From positions 1-26,050 of the IMG/VR virus record IMGVR_UViG_3300048578_000406: 26,050 nt of DNA, one strand, 5' to 3'. Below, piece after piece: positions 6,924-16,184 of this stretch (position 1 is the stretch's first letter; each line of letters begins with the position of its first letter). The translations under genes and the position numbers were made by a program. Source of the DNA: a virus (Duplodnaviria; Caudoviricetes). The notes beneath the pieces were generated by a model, which saw only the letters and a list, made by a program, of their open reading frames with translations, made no database searches and was not told where the DNA came from.

Positions 6924-8771
6924 ATGAAGAACAAGCGGCTGCAATTCAAGGCGGAGGGCATCGACGACCAGGGTATCTTCACAGGCTATGCGTCAATCTT
7001 CGGCGTCGTTGACCTGGACAATGATGTGGTAGAGCCAGGAGCGTTTGCGGAAACCATCTCCACTGGCACGGCATCGGAGGGCGTCCTGATCTTTGCGCAG
7101 CACCGCGACGGCATGGAACCCCTGGGCAGATCGCTGGAATTACGCGAGGACGTCAAGGGCCTGTTCGTCAAAGGGCAAATCAGCGCAACCGCCGTCGGCC
7201 GCGACTACCGCCAGCTGATCAAGGACGGCGTTCTGGATCAGATGTCCATCGGCTACATCGCACAGGAATACACCATCGACGAGCAGGGCGTCCGGCACCT
7301 TAAAAAGGTGGACCTGCTGGAAATCAGCATCGTCAATTACCCTGCAAATACGGAAGCCAGAATACAAAGTTATAAAGGAGGCAAAGTCCCTATGGAAAAC
7401 ACCAAAAACAAAGACACCAAGGAAACCACAAAGGAAGTCAAGGAAGTGGGCGCAATGACCCCGGAGCAGCTGCAGGCATTACTGGAGCAGGCAGCCGAGG
7501 CGGGCGCAGCCAAAGCTCTGGCAGCTATCGCCCCCGACGACGGGGAAGCCAAAGAAAGCGATCCTGCCGAGGACGAAACCAAAGAGGACGGCGTGGACGA
7601 TCCCGCCAAAGAGGACCCCGCCGAAGCCAAGAGCAAGAAGTCCGCTAAAAGCGCTCCGGCCAATCCGCAGGCTGCTGCGCAGCGCAAATATGCGAGCATT
7701 TACATGAACACCGGCGCGCAGCCGAAGGAAGAAAAATCCAACCTGCCCGCAGGCCTGGGCTGGGTGCGCTACAACAAAGCCATGATGCGTGCCAATAAGG
7801 ACTTCGATCACGCGGCCAGCATTGCGCGGAAGGACTTCGGCGACGAATTCATGGCGAAGCAGATCAAGGCCATGTCCGTAACCAGCCCGACAGATGGCGG
7901 GTACCTGGTGCCGGAAGTATACGCCAGCGAAATCATCCCGCTGCTGCGTGCGAAGGCCATCGTCCTGAAACTGGGCGCGACCGAACTGCCCATGGATCGC
8001 GGCAACATCAACATCCCGAAGATGATGTCCGGCACCAGTGCGGGCTACGTCGGCGAAATGCGCAAGAAGGCAGCGTCCAAGGCCACCTTCGGAAACCTGC
8101 ACCTGTCCAGCAAGAAGCTGATGTGCAAGGTCCTGATCAGCAACGACCTGATCCGCTCCAATGCCTACGGCGCTGATCAGCTGATCTTAAACGACGCCAC
8201 CACTGCCATGGCCCTGGCTATGGATAAGGCGGCGCTCATGGGCAGCGGCACCGAGTTTGAACCCCTGGGCCTGTTAAAAATGCAGGGCATCCCCAGCGTG
8301 GACATCAACGCAGCGGCAAGCGAAACCACCACCGGCCAGATGCTGGCGAAGCTGCTGCAAAACAACGCCGACACCAGCAAGCTGGGCTGGGCCTTCAACG
8401 GATTCGCCTGGGAGGCGTTCTACAACGTCGTACAGGCAGCCAGCGGCCTGTTCGTTTATCGCGATCAGATGGACGCCGGGAAGCTGAACGGCCACGAATT
8501 CGCGATCAGCAACCAGCTGCCTAATGCGGCGGGCGCTACCCGTCCGACCGACATCATCCTGGGTAATTGGTCCGAGTACATGATCGGCCGCCAGGGCAGC
8601 ATGGAAAGCGAAATGTTCCGCGAAGGCACCGTGACCGACGAGAACGGCAACACCGTCAGCGCAGTGGATCAGGACTGCACTATCCTGCGCGTGATCGACC
8701 TGCACGACTTCGGAGTGCGCCACGAGGAATCCTTCGTAATCGGTAAAGGATTACAGACAGCTGGCGAATAA
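6924..8771 (+). CDS. HK97-family prohead protease fused to scaffold/delta region and major capsid protein
   Basis: FTGYASIFG..D..NDVVEPGAF, QH, MSIGY and LLEISIVNYPAN (S78 protease), an acidic/Lys linker, then HK97-fold MCP (DGGYLVP, YVGE, GSGTEFEPLG, IILGNWS). ATG 6924 follows AGGAGGTGA (ORF open from GTG 6912). Confidence 0.92.
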   Translation: MKNKRLQFKAEGIDDQGIFTGYASIFGVVDLDNDVVEPGAFAETISTGTASEGVLIFAQHRDGMEPLGRSLELREDVKGLFVKGQISATAVGRDYRQLIKDGVLDQMSIGYIAQEYTIDEQGVRHLKKVDLLEISIVNYPANTEARIQSYKGGKVPMENTKNKDTKETTKEVKEVGAMTPEQLQALLEQAAEAGAAKALAAIAPDDGEAKESDPAEDETKEDGVDDPAKEDPAEAKSKKSAKSAPANPQAAAQRKYASIYMNTGAQPKEEKSNLPAGLGWVRYNKAMMRANKDFDHAASIARKDFGDEFMAKQIKAMSVTSPTDGGYLVPEVYASEIIPLLRAKAIVLKLGATELPMDRGNINIPKMMSGTSAGYVGEMRKKAASKATFGNLHLSSKKLMCKVLISNDLIRSNAYGADQLILNDATTAMALAMDKAALMGSGTEFEPLGLLKMQGIPSVDINAAASETTTGQMLAKLLQNNADTSKLGWAFNGFAWEAFYNVVQAASGLFVYRDQMDAGKLNGHEFAISNQLPNAAGATRPTDIILGNWSEYMIGRQGSMESEMFREGTVTDENGNTVSAVDQDCTILRVIDLHDFGVRHEESFVIGKGLQTAGE

Positions 8772-8783
8772 CCGCCAGCTGTC
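8756..8783 (+). promoter_or_regulatory. Perfect 11-bp hairpin over the capsid stop codon
   Basis: GACAGCTGGCG-AATAAC-CGCCAGCTGTC; no downstream U tract. Confidence 0.5.
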
Positions 8784-8807
8784 CAATAAAACAAGGAGGC
8801 TGAAAAC

Positions 8808-9209
8808 GTGAAACGTGAATTATTTAAAAACATCAAGGCACTGCCCTACACCAGCGCCGCAGCCATCGACCGGCTGGGCTTTTCGTCCGCCGTCCTGGCC
8901 GTCAAGATCGACACCATCACCGGCGATCCAACAGCTGCAAAGCTGGCCGTCGCTGTTACCCATGCCGATACTGTAGACGGCGACTATGACGACGTGACCG
9001 ACGAGTATATTTTCCCGGACGGTGCGGACGAATTCGCCGTCGACGTGGAGAAAGGCCTAGAGGCCAACATCCCCATCGACCTGGCGGGGTGCAAACGCTT
9101 CGTGAAGATCACCTGCACGGTGACGTTCACAGATGGCGCAGCGCCGTCAAGCACCAACGCTTACGCCATAGTCCTGGGTGATCCCACTGCGGCACCCGTG
9201 GAGGTGTAA
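8808..9209 (+). CDS. Putative capsid decoration/head-associated protein
   Basis: AAGGAGG RBS and GTG start; beta-rich 133 aa protein directly after the MCP. Function inferred from position. Confidence 0.55.
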   Translation: MKRELFKNIKALPYTSAAAIDRLGFSSAVLAVKIDTITGDPTAAKLAVAVTHADTVDGDYDDVTDEYIFPDGADEFAVDVEKGLEANIPIDLAGCKRFVKITCTVTFTDGAAPSSTNAYAIVLGDPTAAPVEV

Positions 9210-9212
9210 GCC

Positions 9213-9854
9213 ATGTCCGGCCCTACGCTGCGCGAAAACGCGCTCACAACCCTGGAAGCGCTAAAGCAGTTTTTGGGCCTTGCCGCTGATGATACCAGCG
9301 CAGACAGCGTGCTGATCCAGCTGATCAACCAGGCGTCGGCATCTGTCGAACGTGCCCTGGGCAGGAAGCTGCGACGCACAGTCTACACCGAAAAGGTCAA
9401 GGGAACCGGCAGCCAACAGCTGTTGGTCGAGAACTACCCCGTCACCGATGTGGAGTACATCAAGCAGGCCGGGGAGGAAATCGACCCCGGCCTTTATGAC
9501 TTTACCACGCACGGCAATGCCGGGGTGATCTATAAGGACGACGGGTGGACTTACTACGGGTACCCGCACGGCCTGACTAACGAGCCGGTGGTCGGCAGCC
9601 GAAACATCGAGGTGCGATACACAGCGGGCTACATCCTACCAGGTGACGCCACAGAGGAGGAACCGGCCACCCTGCCCGCTGACCTGGAAGGGCTGGTTCA
9701 AGAAATGGTCCAGTATGCCTATGGCAAGTTGTCCACGGGCGGATCGGCTGGCCTGAAATCGTTCTCCATCAGTGACGTGCGCTGGGAATGGTCCACCGAG
9801 ACGCCGCAGACCTGGCAGGACATTATCGATCAATACAAGCGGGTATGGGTGTGA
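9213..9854 (+). CDS. Head-tail connector/adaptor protein (gp6-like)
   Basis: LTTLEALKQFLG...LIQLINQAS..VE...GR and VRYTAGY...LPADL motifs; position after the capsid genes. Confidence 0.8.
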   Translation: MSGPTLRENALTTLEALKQFLGLAADDTSADSVLIQLINQASASVERALGRKLRRTVYTEKVKGTGSQQLLVENYPVTDVEYIKQAGEEIDPGLYDFTTHGNAGVIYKDDGWTYYGYPHGLTNEPVVGSRNIEVRYTAGYILPGDATEEEPATLPADLEGLVQEMVQYAYGKLSTGGSAGLKSFSISDVRWEWSTETPQTWQDIIDQYKRVWV

Positions 9855-10474
9855 GCCAGGTTAAACGTATCCGGGACGACTGGACGCCCTGGTATAACCG
9901 AACAAGGGCCGAACTGGACCGACTGGCCCGCGCTGAAATACGCGTCGGCATCCTGGGGGCAGCGGACAGCACCCTGCTGAAAATCGCCGCCGTCCAGGAA
10001 TTCGGCGCAACCATCACGGCAAAGAACGCCAAAAATCTGGCGATCCCTTTGCGCCCCGACATGAAAGGCAAAAGCCCCCGCGAGATCGACGGAGGCTTTT
10101 TCTACACCAACGGAGAGAACAACTTCATCGCCCGGCAAAAAGGCAAGGGAAAGATAGAACTGCTGTTCCTCCTGGTTCCTTCGGTGACAATCCCGGAGCG
10201 CTCATTCATTCGGGCAGGATATGACGGCAACAAAGACCTGCTGGCGAAGGCGTGCGAGAACGCCGTCCGGCGCGTGATCCTGGGAGAACTGACAGCGGAG
10301 CAAGCCTGCCACAATATAGGGATCGCCGCCGTCAGTTTGATCAAGAAATACATGCGGACCGTGCAGCCACCGAAAAGCAGCCTGACGCTTGCAAGCGCGC
10401 CGGGAAAGACTGCCACGCTGGTGCAGACCGGCAGGCTGCGCGACAGCATAACCTACGAGGTGACGGGCTTATGA
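9851..10474 (+). CDS. Neck/virion morphogenesis protein (HK97 gp10-like)
   Basis: VGI, AAVQEFGATI, IPERSFIR and LVQTGRLRDSITY motifs; GTG 9851 overlaps the upstream stop (GTGA). Confidence 0.75.
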   Translation: MSQVKRIRDDWTPWYNRTRAELDRLARAEIRVGILGAADSTLLKIAAVQEFGATITAKNAKNLAIPLRPDMKGKSPREIDGGFFYTNGENNFIARQKGKGKIELLFLLVPSVTIPERSFIRAGYDGNKDLLAKACENAVRRVILGELTAEQACHNIGIAAVSLIKKYMRTVQPPKSSLTLASAPGKTATLVQTGRLRDSITYEVTGL

Positions 10475-10848
10475 TTACACAATTCGGGCAGCCTATGCTG
10501 CCTAAAAGCATAATGCACACCCTGGAGGAGTTAAGAGCGCCGACCCCTGAATATGACCCCGAAAATGGCGGTCAGTGGGTAACCGACGACAAGGAGGTGG
10601 AGCGCATATCCTTCCAGGGAGCGGTCCTGCCGGTGTCCGAGGAGGATATAAAGAAAGCCCCTCAAGGCACCTACACCAAGGACAGCCGCAAGGTTTACAC
10701 CAACGGCCACGATCTGCAAATAGGCTCCCAGGTTTACGATCCGAAGGATGGCGCGACCTATCACGTCACCGGCGACCTGAACTGGGGAAGTATCCATCCT
10801 ATGCGCAGATATGCCGTCGAGCGAAAGGGGGCGACGGCACCGAAATGA
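10471..10848 (+). CDS. Head-closure/head-tail joining protein
   Basis: ATG 10471 overlaps the upstream stop; YDPENGGQW...LPVSEEDIKKAPQGTYT pattern; position in the neck module. Confidence 0.6.
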   Translation: MITQFGQPMLPKSIMHTLEELRAPTPEYDPENGGQWVTDDKEVERISFQGAVLPVSEEDIKKAPQGTYTKDSRKVYTNGHDLQIGSQVYDPKDGATYHVTGDLNWGSIHPMRRYAVERKGATAPK

Positions 10849-11384
10849 CGCAGCGAGAACTTCGCAACACCATCGTCAAGCTGCTGTATGACTATCTGAA
10901 AGCGCCGCCTGGGCAGCACAGCCCAAAGGTGGTCTTGTCTGATCAGGTTATGCCGGAGGCTGACTACCCCTATATTTACTACCAAAGCATACAGCAGCAT
11001 ATCCCAGGCCCTTACAACAAGGGGCAGACAGTAAACGGCGACACGATCATAAAATACCGCAGCGAAAGCGCCCAGGCGTCCTTTAGTTTTACGGCGTGCA
11101 GCATGAACCGGATCGGACCGGGCGGGACGAAAATCTACGGCGACGACGAGGCCTTGAATCTGGCTGACCGCGCCCAGGGCTTTTTCCTATTCGCCGGACG
11201 GCCGCAGCTGGCTGCAGCCGGTATCGTGGTGGTCAGTGTCGAAAACACCCAAAGCAGGTCAGCCATTGATGGCGAAGAAACGGACCGGCGCTACGGCTTC
11301 GATGTACTTCTACGATACGAGCGCAGGGACGAGCGAGCTGTCGAGGCCATGGGCCTGCCCATAACTTACATGGAGGAGGAATAA
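10845..11384 (+). CDS. Tail terminator/neck completion protein
   Basis: ATG 10845 overlaps the upstream stop; P-x-x-x-YPYI and RRYGFDV motifs; directly upstream of the sheath gene. Confidence 0.7.
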   Translation: MTQRELRNTIVKLLYDYLKAPPGQHSPKVVLSDQVMPEADYPYIYYQSIQQHIPGPYNKGQTVNGDTIIKYRSESAQASFSFTACSMNRIGPGGTKIYGDDEALNLADRAQGFFLFAGRPQLAAAGIVVVSVENTQSRSAIDGEETDRRYGFDVLLRYERRDERAVEAMGLPITYMEEE

Positions 11385-11388
11385 TTAA

Positions 11389-12468
11389 ATGCAAGATATT
11401 GTCGTTTATATCTCGCTTGAAACAGCGGCCAAGGAAAAAGAAACGCTGCTGCCTCTGATCTTGTCCTTCGAGGGCGCGTTCGCCTACAAGGAATACAACA
11501 GCGCCGATGCGGTGAAGGCTGACTTCCCCGCTGCCGATTCCGCCACAGCGAAAGCGGCGACCGCACTGTTTGATCAGATCAAGCTGGAAAATAGCCCCGG
11601 CCGCGTCAAAAAGGTGGCCGTGTTTGGCGTCGCAAGCGACGACACCCCGGCCGAAGTGACTGAGGCCCTGGACACCCTGCGGGAAACCCACGACGACTGG
11701 TACTTCCTGCTGCCTACCGTGACCAACGCTGCGATGATCGCAGCCCTGGCTGCCTGGGCAGATGCTACCGTCCTGACCCTTGCGCAGCTGGAAGCCGGAC
11801 AGGTTGAAGCAGAAAAGCTGCTGATCGTCCAGACCGACAGTAAAGAGGTGATCGACGCGGCTATGAAGGCCAGACATCAGACGGTGGTCATATATAACCA
11901 CGACGCCGCCAACAGCTTCATTCCGCCCGCGTGGGTGGGCCGCACAGCCCCGAACTATCCGAAGTCAGTCACCTGGAAGTGGAAGGAACTGTACGGCATA
12001 CCCGCCACCAATGAACAAGGCGTCGACCTGCAGGATTTACTGGAGGGCCGCTACAACCTGTATATCAGCAACCACGGCCGCCAGTACATGAGCGAGGGCA
12101 TCTGCACAGACGGTGACTTCATCGACACCGTGATCGGCCGCTGGCAGATCAAAGAAGCAATGCGCAGAAACCTGGTCAATATGTTCGTGGACACCGAAGT
12201 GGTGGGCTACGACGACGAGGGCTTCACACAGGTGGGCGCGCAGGTTATCGCTGCGCTTAACGAGGCCGTCGAAAACGGCATTGTGTTACAGCAGGATGGT
12301 GCCGGTGCATTTACCGTGGAAATTCCAAAACGTGCAGCCGCCACCGAGGAGCAGGCAGCGAACCGCGTCATGCCCCCGATCCCCTGGAGCGCTACTGTGC
12401 GCGGTGGCGTCCATGGCGTGAAGGTTAACGGCGTGCTTACTGTGGCGCTGACCAGTGCCGCAGTCTAA
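11389..12468 (+). CDS. Contractile tail sheath protein (DUF3383-like)
   Basis: GGAGGAGG RBS; DWYF, TWKWKELYG, EG...DGDFIDTVIGRWQI, YDDEG and GGVHGVKVNG motifs. Confidence 0.85.
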   Translation: MQDIVVYISLETAAKEKETLLPLILSFEGAFAYKEYNSADAVKADFPAADSATAKAATALFDQIKLENSPGRVKKVAVFGVASDDTPAEVTEALDTLRETHDDWYFLLPTVTNAAMIAALAAWADATVLTLAQLEAGQVEAEKLLIVQTDSKEVIDAAMKARHQTVVIYNHDAANSFIPPAWVGRTAPNYPKSVTWKWKELYGIPATNEQGVDLQDLLEGRYNLYISNHGRQYMSEGICTDGDFIDTVIGRWQIKEAMRRNLVNMFVDTEVVGYDDEGFTQVGAQVIAALNEAVENGIVLQQDGAGAFTVEIPKRAAATEEQAANRVMPPIPWSATVRGGVHGVKVNGVLTVALTSAAV

Positions 12469-12487
12469 AGGAAGGAGGTCATATAGA

Positions 12488-12880
12488 ATGATATTCGATC
12501 CTGAAAAGATCACCGTCCTGGTAGATGGTGCCGTGATCACCGGCTACTCTGACGACAGCAAGATCAGCATCCAGCGCAACGAGGACGACGTGACGCCCAA
12601 AACTGGTATCAAAGGCGACACTGTATACAGCCTGAACGGCAACCGTTCCGGCACAATCAAGTTTAACCTGTTCCCGTCCAGCACATCCCTGGTCCGGCTG
12701 CGCCGCCTGGCACAGAGCCGCAAGGCCGTGTCTTGTGTGGTGAGGAACGCCAACGACGACGGCGGCTTTATTGTCTCGAACAATGACTGCCGGATCATCA
12801 AAACCCCCGGCTTCGATGGAGGAAAGGAAGCCGACGCCGTGGAGGTCAGCATCTACGTGCCCACCCTTAACTTCAAATAA
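12488..12880 (+). CDS. Tail tube protein (DUF3277-like)
   Basis: AAGGAGG RBS; FDPEKITVLVDG..ITGYSDDS..I and G..GD....N.NRSGTI; follows the sheath gene. Confidence 0.82.
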   Translation: MIFDPEKITVLVDGAVITGYSDDSKISIQRNEDDVTPKTGIKGDTVYSLNGNRSGTIKFNLFPSSTSLVRLRRLAQSRKAVSCVVRNANDDGGFIVSNNDCRIIKTPGFDGGKEADAVEVSIYVPTLNFK

Positions 12881-12993
12881 TGAGCAGGCGCAGACCGTGC
12901 ATCCCGCTGATGCGGGGAAGTCAATCAAAGTATAACGCAGAGGGCATGCTGACATGCCCTCTGAACATTCCAGAAAGGTGGTTCAGAGCAAAT

Positions 12994-13305
12994 ATGGCAA
13001 GACGTGAAATTGTAAACGTAAACGGGCAGGATTTTGAACTCCAGTCCGTAACCCCGCAGTGGTACTTCGAGCAGAACGACAAGTGCGGCATGACTGGCGG
13101 GGGGACTAAAGACACGGCCAGGTATATGGACATCATGTTCAAAAATGTGGTCGTCAGCCCGACCAACGTATCAACCAAGGGTATGAAAGCCTTTGAGGAA
13201 GAGGAGGACATCGAAACCCCGGAACTTCTGATCCGGGAGATCGAGCGATTTCTTCGACCGGGAAAGAGATCAGACGCAAGCAAAGCAACGGGCAAAAAGG
13301 AATAA
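12994..13305 (+). CDS. Tail assembly chaperone (gpG-like)
   Basis: ATG 12994 after AAAGGTGG; lies between the tube and tape measure genes. Confidence 0.7.
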   Translation: MARREIVNVNGQDFELQSVTPQWYFEQNDKCGMTGGGTKDTARYMDIMFKNVVVSPTNVSTKGMKAFEEEEDIETPELLIREIERFLRPGKRSDASKATGKKE

Positions 13306-13318
13306 ACAGTTTTGGTTC

Positions 13319-13468
13319 ATGGTATTTGACGGCAACGCCCTGTCTTATACCGATCTGAAAAATATGGACATGGCGGAGTGGGCCGAGTGCATCGCCGCCA
13401 AGGAAATGTTTGTCGCCCACGTTAAAGCGAAACAAGACGAATTAGCAAAGGGGGGAGCGCATGGCTGA
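13319..13468 (+). CDS. Second tail-chaperone ORF (gpT-like; probable frameshift extension)
   Basis: MVFDGNALSYTDLKNMDMAEWAECIAAKEMF... in the +1 frame relative to the upstream gene, open back to 13232, with no clear RBS. Not in the ORF track. Confidence 0.55.
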   Translation: MVFDGNALSYTDLKNMDMAEWAECIAAKEMFVAHVKAKQDELAKGGAHG

Positions 13469-15587
13469 CGAACGTGCTTTAACCTTCGGGGTGCAGTTTG
13501 GTACAGATACTGCGCCCCTTGATAAAATGAACGAAAAGCAGAAGCAGGCCCAGGAGGAAGCCGAAAAGACGGCCGAAAAGCTGGACCAGGTGGGCACCAA
13601 CCTGACCGACATCGGGGCGCGCGCCACTTCTGCCTTCGGCAACGTGTCCGGCGCGGGCACAAAAATGGGCACATCGGTGCGCGGCGCTATGCTGAACAGC
13701 ATTACGGCGGGCGACAGCCTGACCAAGACGCTAAAAACCGGCATCGGTGCGGCCGTCACCAATGTGCAGCAGAAATTCCAAGGCTGGGGAGCCGCCACCA
13801 AGAGTGTAGCGCGGGATGTCGGGAATTCCTTCAAGAACCCGATCCAGACCATCAAGGCTACCCTGGGCGGCGCCCTGCTTGATGCGCAAAAGAACGCGCA
13901 AAAGCTGGGAACCGAGGCTGAAAAGACCGGCAACAAGCTGGACGACATGGGCAAGAAAGGCAGCAGCAGTGGTGAAGGACTGGCGGGCGCGCTCAAAAAA
14001 GTGGGTGTCGCCATCGTTGGCCTGATGGTAATCCAGAAGGTTACCAGCGCGGTGAAGGACTTCTTCGGCAGTGCCGTCGAAGCAGCGGCATCGGCCGAGG
14101 AAATGGGCGCTAAATTCGATACGGTATTCAAGGACGCCAGCGGTGATGCGGAAGCCTGGGCCGAAAGTTTCGGTAAGGCAGCCAACCGTAGCAAGAACGA
14201 GATCAAAGGCTTCATGGCCGACAGCGGCGCACTGTTTACCGGCATGGGTATGGCCGCGAGCGACGCCGCCACCATGTCGGAAATGATGACCTCTTTGACA
14301 TATGACCTTGCCAGCTTCAACAATCTGGCAGACGCCGACGCGTTTGCCAAGCTGCGGTCGGGCATCATGGGCGAGACGGAAGGCTTGAAACAAATGGGCA
14401 TCGTTCTGAACGAGGCGACGCTGTCACAGACCATGCTGAACATGGGTATCAAGGGCAGTTTCAACGATCTGGACGAGGCCACAAAGGTGCAGGTGCGATT
14501 TAATGCCATCCTGTCACAGACGGCCGACGCCCAGGGCGACGTGACCAGAACAGCCGGTTCTTATACCAATAGCCTGAAAGGTGTCCAGGGTATGTGGAAC
14601 GACTTCCTTGCCAACGCTGGCGCGAAATTTACGCCAGTGCTGACGGGATTGTTTAACACGATACTGGAGGCGTGGCCCCGGATTGAGCCTGCACTAATGG
14701 GCCTGGTAGACATGTTAAGCAACGGCCTGTCGACGGCAGTGCCCATACTGTTAGAACTGGGCAATCAGCTGCTGCCGATTCTGACCGACACCATCGGGGT
14801 ACTTTTCCAGGTAGCGTCACCGCTGATCCCATTATTCGGACAACTTGCGACCACAGTGCTGCCGCCTCTTGTGCAGCTGCTGGGCCTGCTGGCGACCACC
14901 CTTCTGCCCCCGATTATGCAGATACTGGACGTCGTTTGCAAAGACATCCTGCTGCCGCTCATGCCGGTATTTACCACCATAGCGCAGGCCATCCTGCCAC
15001 CTGTCGCGCAGCTGCTGGGCATCATTGCCCCCATATTGCAGGCAATATCTCCCCTGCTGGTTGCTATTGGCGAAACCCTGGGGACCATCGCTGAGGTGGT
15101 GGGCAAGATCATCGGCTGGGCAGCTGACGGCATCGGCAAAGTGACAAACTTCTTCTCCAGCCTGTTTGGCGGATCGAAGCAAGCGGCCGGTGGTATGCGT
15201 GAATTATCAAGCGCGACGGCCGGAGTAGGCATGGCGTCCAGTGGTTCCAAACCAGGCACAACCGTGTCTATACCCAGGCACGCACGCGGCACCGACAACT
15301 TCGCAGGCGGCCTGACAATGATCAACGAGGAAGGCGGCGAAATGGCTGTGCTGCCAAGCGGCAGCAAGATCATTCCTGCCGACCAAACCGACAACATTAT
15401 CAACTCGTCCCGGAACAGCAAGCAGGTCACCTTCGCTCCGCAGATTGAGGTCACCATCGGCGGCAACGTCAGCGAGGCCGAAAAGCAACAGACGAAGGCG
15501 TGGTTCATGCAAATGTGCCGCGAAGCCTGGCAGCAGATGCAGGACGAGGACAGCAACATCGAGGCACTGCAAGCCTCACTGGGATAA
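13461..15587 (+). CDS. Tape measure protein
   Basis: 708 aa, Ala/Gly-rich and helical, with amphipathic L-x-P repeats and C-terminal HARGT..F.GG...INEEGGE; canonical position. Confidence 0.92.
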   Translation: MADERALTFGVQFGTDTAPLDKMNEKQKQAQEEAEKTAEKLDQVGTNLTDIGARATSAFGNVSGAGTKMGTSVRGAMLNSITAGDSLTKTLKTGIGAAVTNVQQKFQGWGAATKSVARDVGNSFKNPIQTIKATLGGALLDAQKNAQKLGTEAEKTGNKLDDMGKKGSSSGEGLAGALKKVGVAIVGLMVIQKVTSAVKDFFGSAVEAAASAEEMGAKFDTVFKDASGDAEAWAESFGKAANRSKNEIKGFMADSGALFTGMGMAASDAATMSEMMTSLTYDLASFNNLADADAFAKLRSGIMGETEGLKQMGIVLNEATLSQTMLNMGIKGSFNDLDEATKVQVRFNAILSQTADAQGDVTRTAGSYTNSLKGVQGMWNDFLANAGAKFTPVLTGLFNTILEAWPRIEPALMGLVDMLSNGLSTAVPILLELGNQLLPILTDTIGVLFQVASPLIPLFGQLATTVLPPLVQLLGLLATTLLPPIMQILDVVCKDILLPLMPVFTTIAQAILPPVAQLLGIIAPILQAISPLLVAIGETLGTIAEVVGKIIGWAADGIGKVTNFFSSLFGGSKQAAGGMRELSSATAGVGMASSGSKPGTTVSIPRHARGTDNFAGGLTMINEEGGEMAVLPSGSKIIPADQTDNIINSSRNSKQVTFAPQIEVTIGGNVSEAEKQQTKAWFMQMCREAWQQMQDEDSNIEALQASLG

Positions 15588-15599
15588 GGAGGTGTGGAA

Positions 15600-16184
15600 A
15601 TGTATTATCTCATAGGCGACAGCGGTACGGTTGTATTCAACAAGACCGGCACGGTCACCGGGGAGTCCGCCACCATGTCCAGTAAAGTGAGCAGCAACCC
15701 CATCGAGGGTGGCGGCAACATCACAGACCACGCCACCCTGGACCCGATCAAGTTTGATATTTCCGGCCTGGTGACCTCCGACGCTCAATACAAGACACTG
15801 GAGGTCATGTGGAGGAACCGCGATCTTTTGACCTACCGGGGGACTGAGGCGTTCGACAACCTGCTGATCACCAGCCTAAAGCGCGACAGGTCCCTGGACA
15901 ATGCCGAGGGCTTCGGCTTCCAGGCGTCGTTTCAGCAGATTACCATCACGTCGGCGGCCTTCGTGAACATCAAGGCCCCGACCATGAGTCAGCAGGACGC
16001 CGCCACTAAAAAGGCGGCGTCAGCTGCCAAAGCTACCAAGAAAACCACACAAAACGGTTTGATTCCGACATCCTCCGAGTATGTATCATATGTCGCTAAC
16101 TTCAACAAAACCAACGTAAACACGACCGTGGCAGCTGGGCGAACCAATCCCAGCTATGCCGGTTATAAAAAGGCGGTGATGTGA
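15600..16184 (+). CDS. Baseplate/tail-tube initiator (Dit-like) protein
   Basis: AAGGAGGTG RBS; SSNPIEGG.NITDH....P motif; follows the tape measure gene. Confidence 0.7.
   Translation: MYYLIGDSGTVVFNKTGTVTGESATMSSKVSSNPIEGGGNITDHATLDPIKFDISGLVTSDAQYKTLEVMWRNRDLLTYRGTEAFDNLLITSLKRDRSLDNAEGFGFQASFQQITITSAAFVNIKAPTMSQQDAATKKAASAAKATKKTTQNGLIPTSSEYVSYVANFNKTNVNTTVAAGRTNPSYAGYKKAVM

Noticed and set aside
14640-15120. Periodic L-x-P repeats in the tape measure protein
   Set aside because: Ordinary amphipathic repeats of tape measure proteins, with no DNA-level array.
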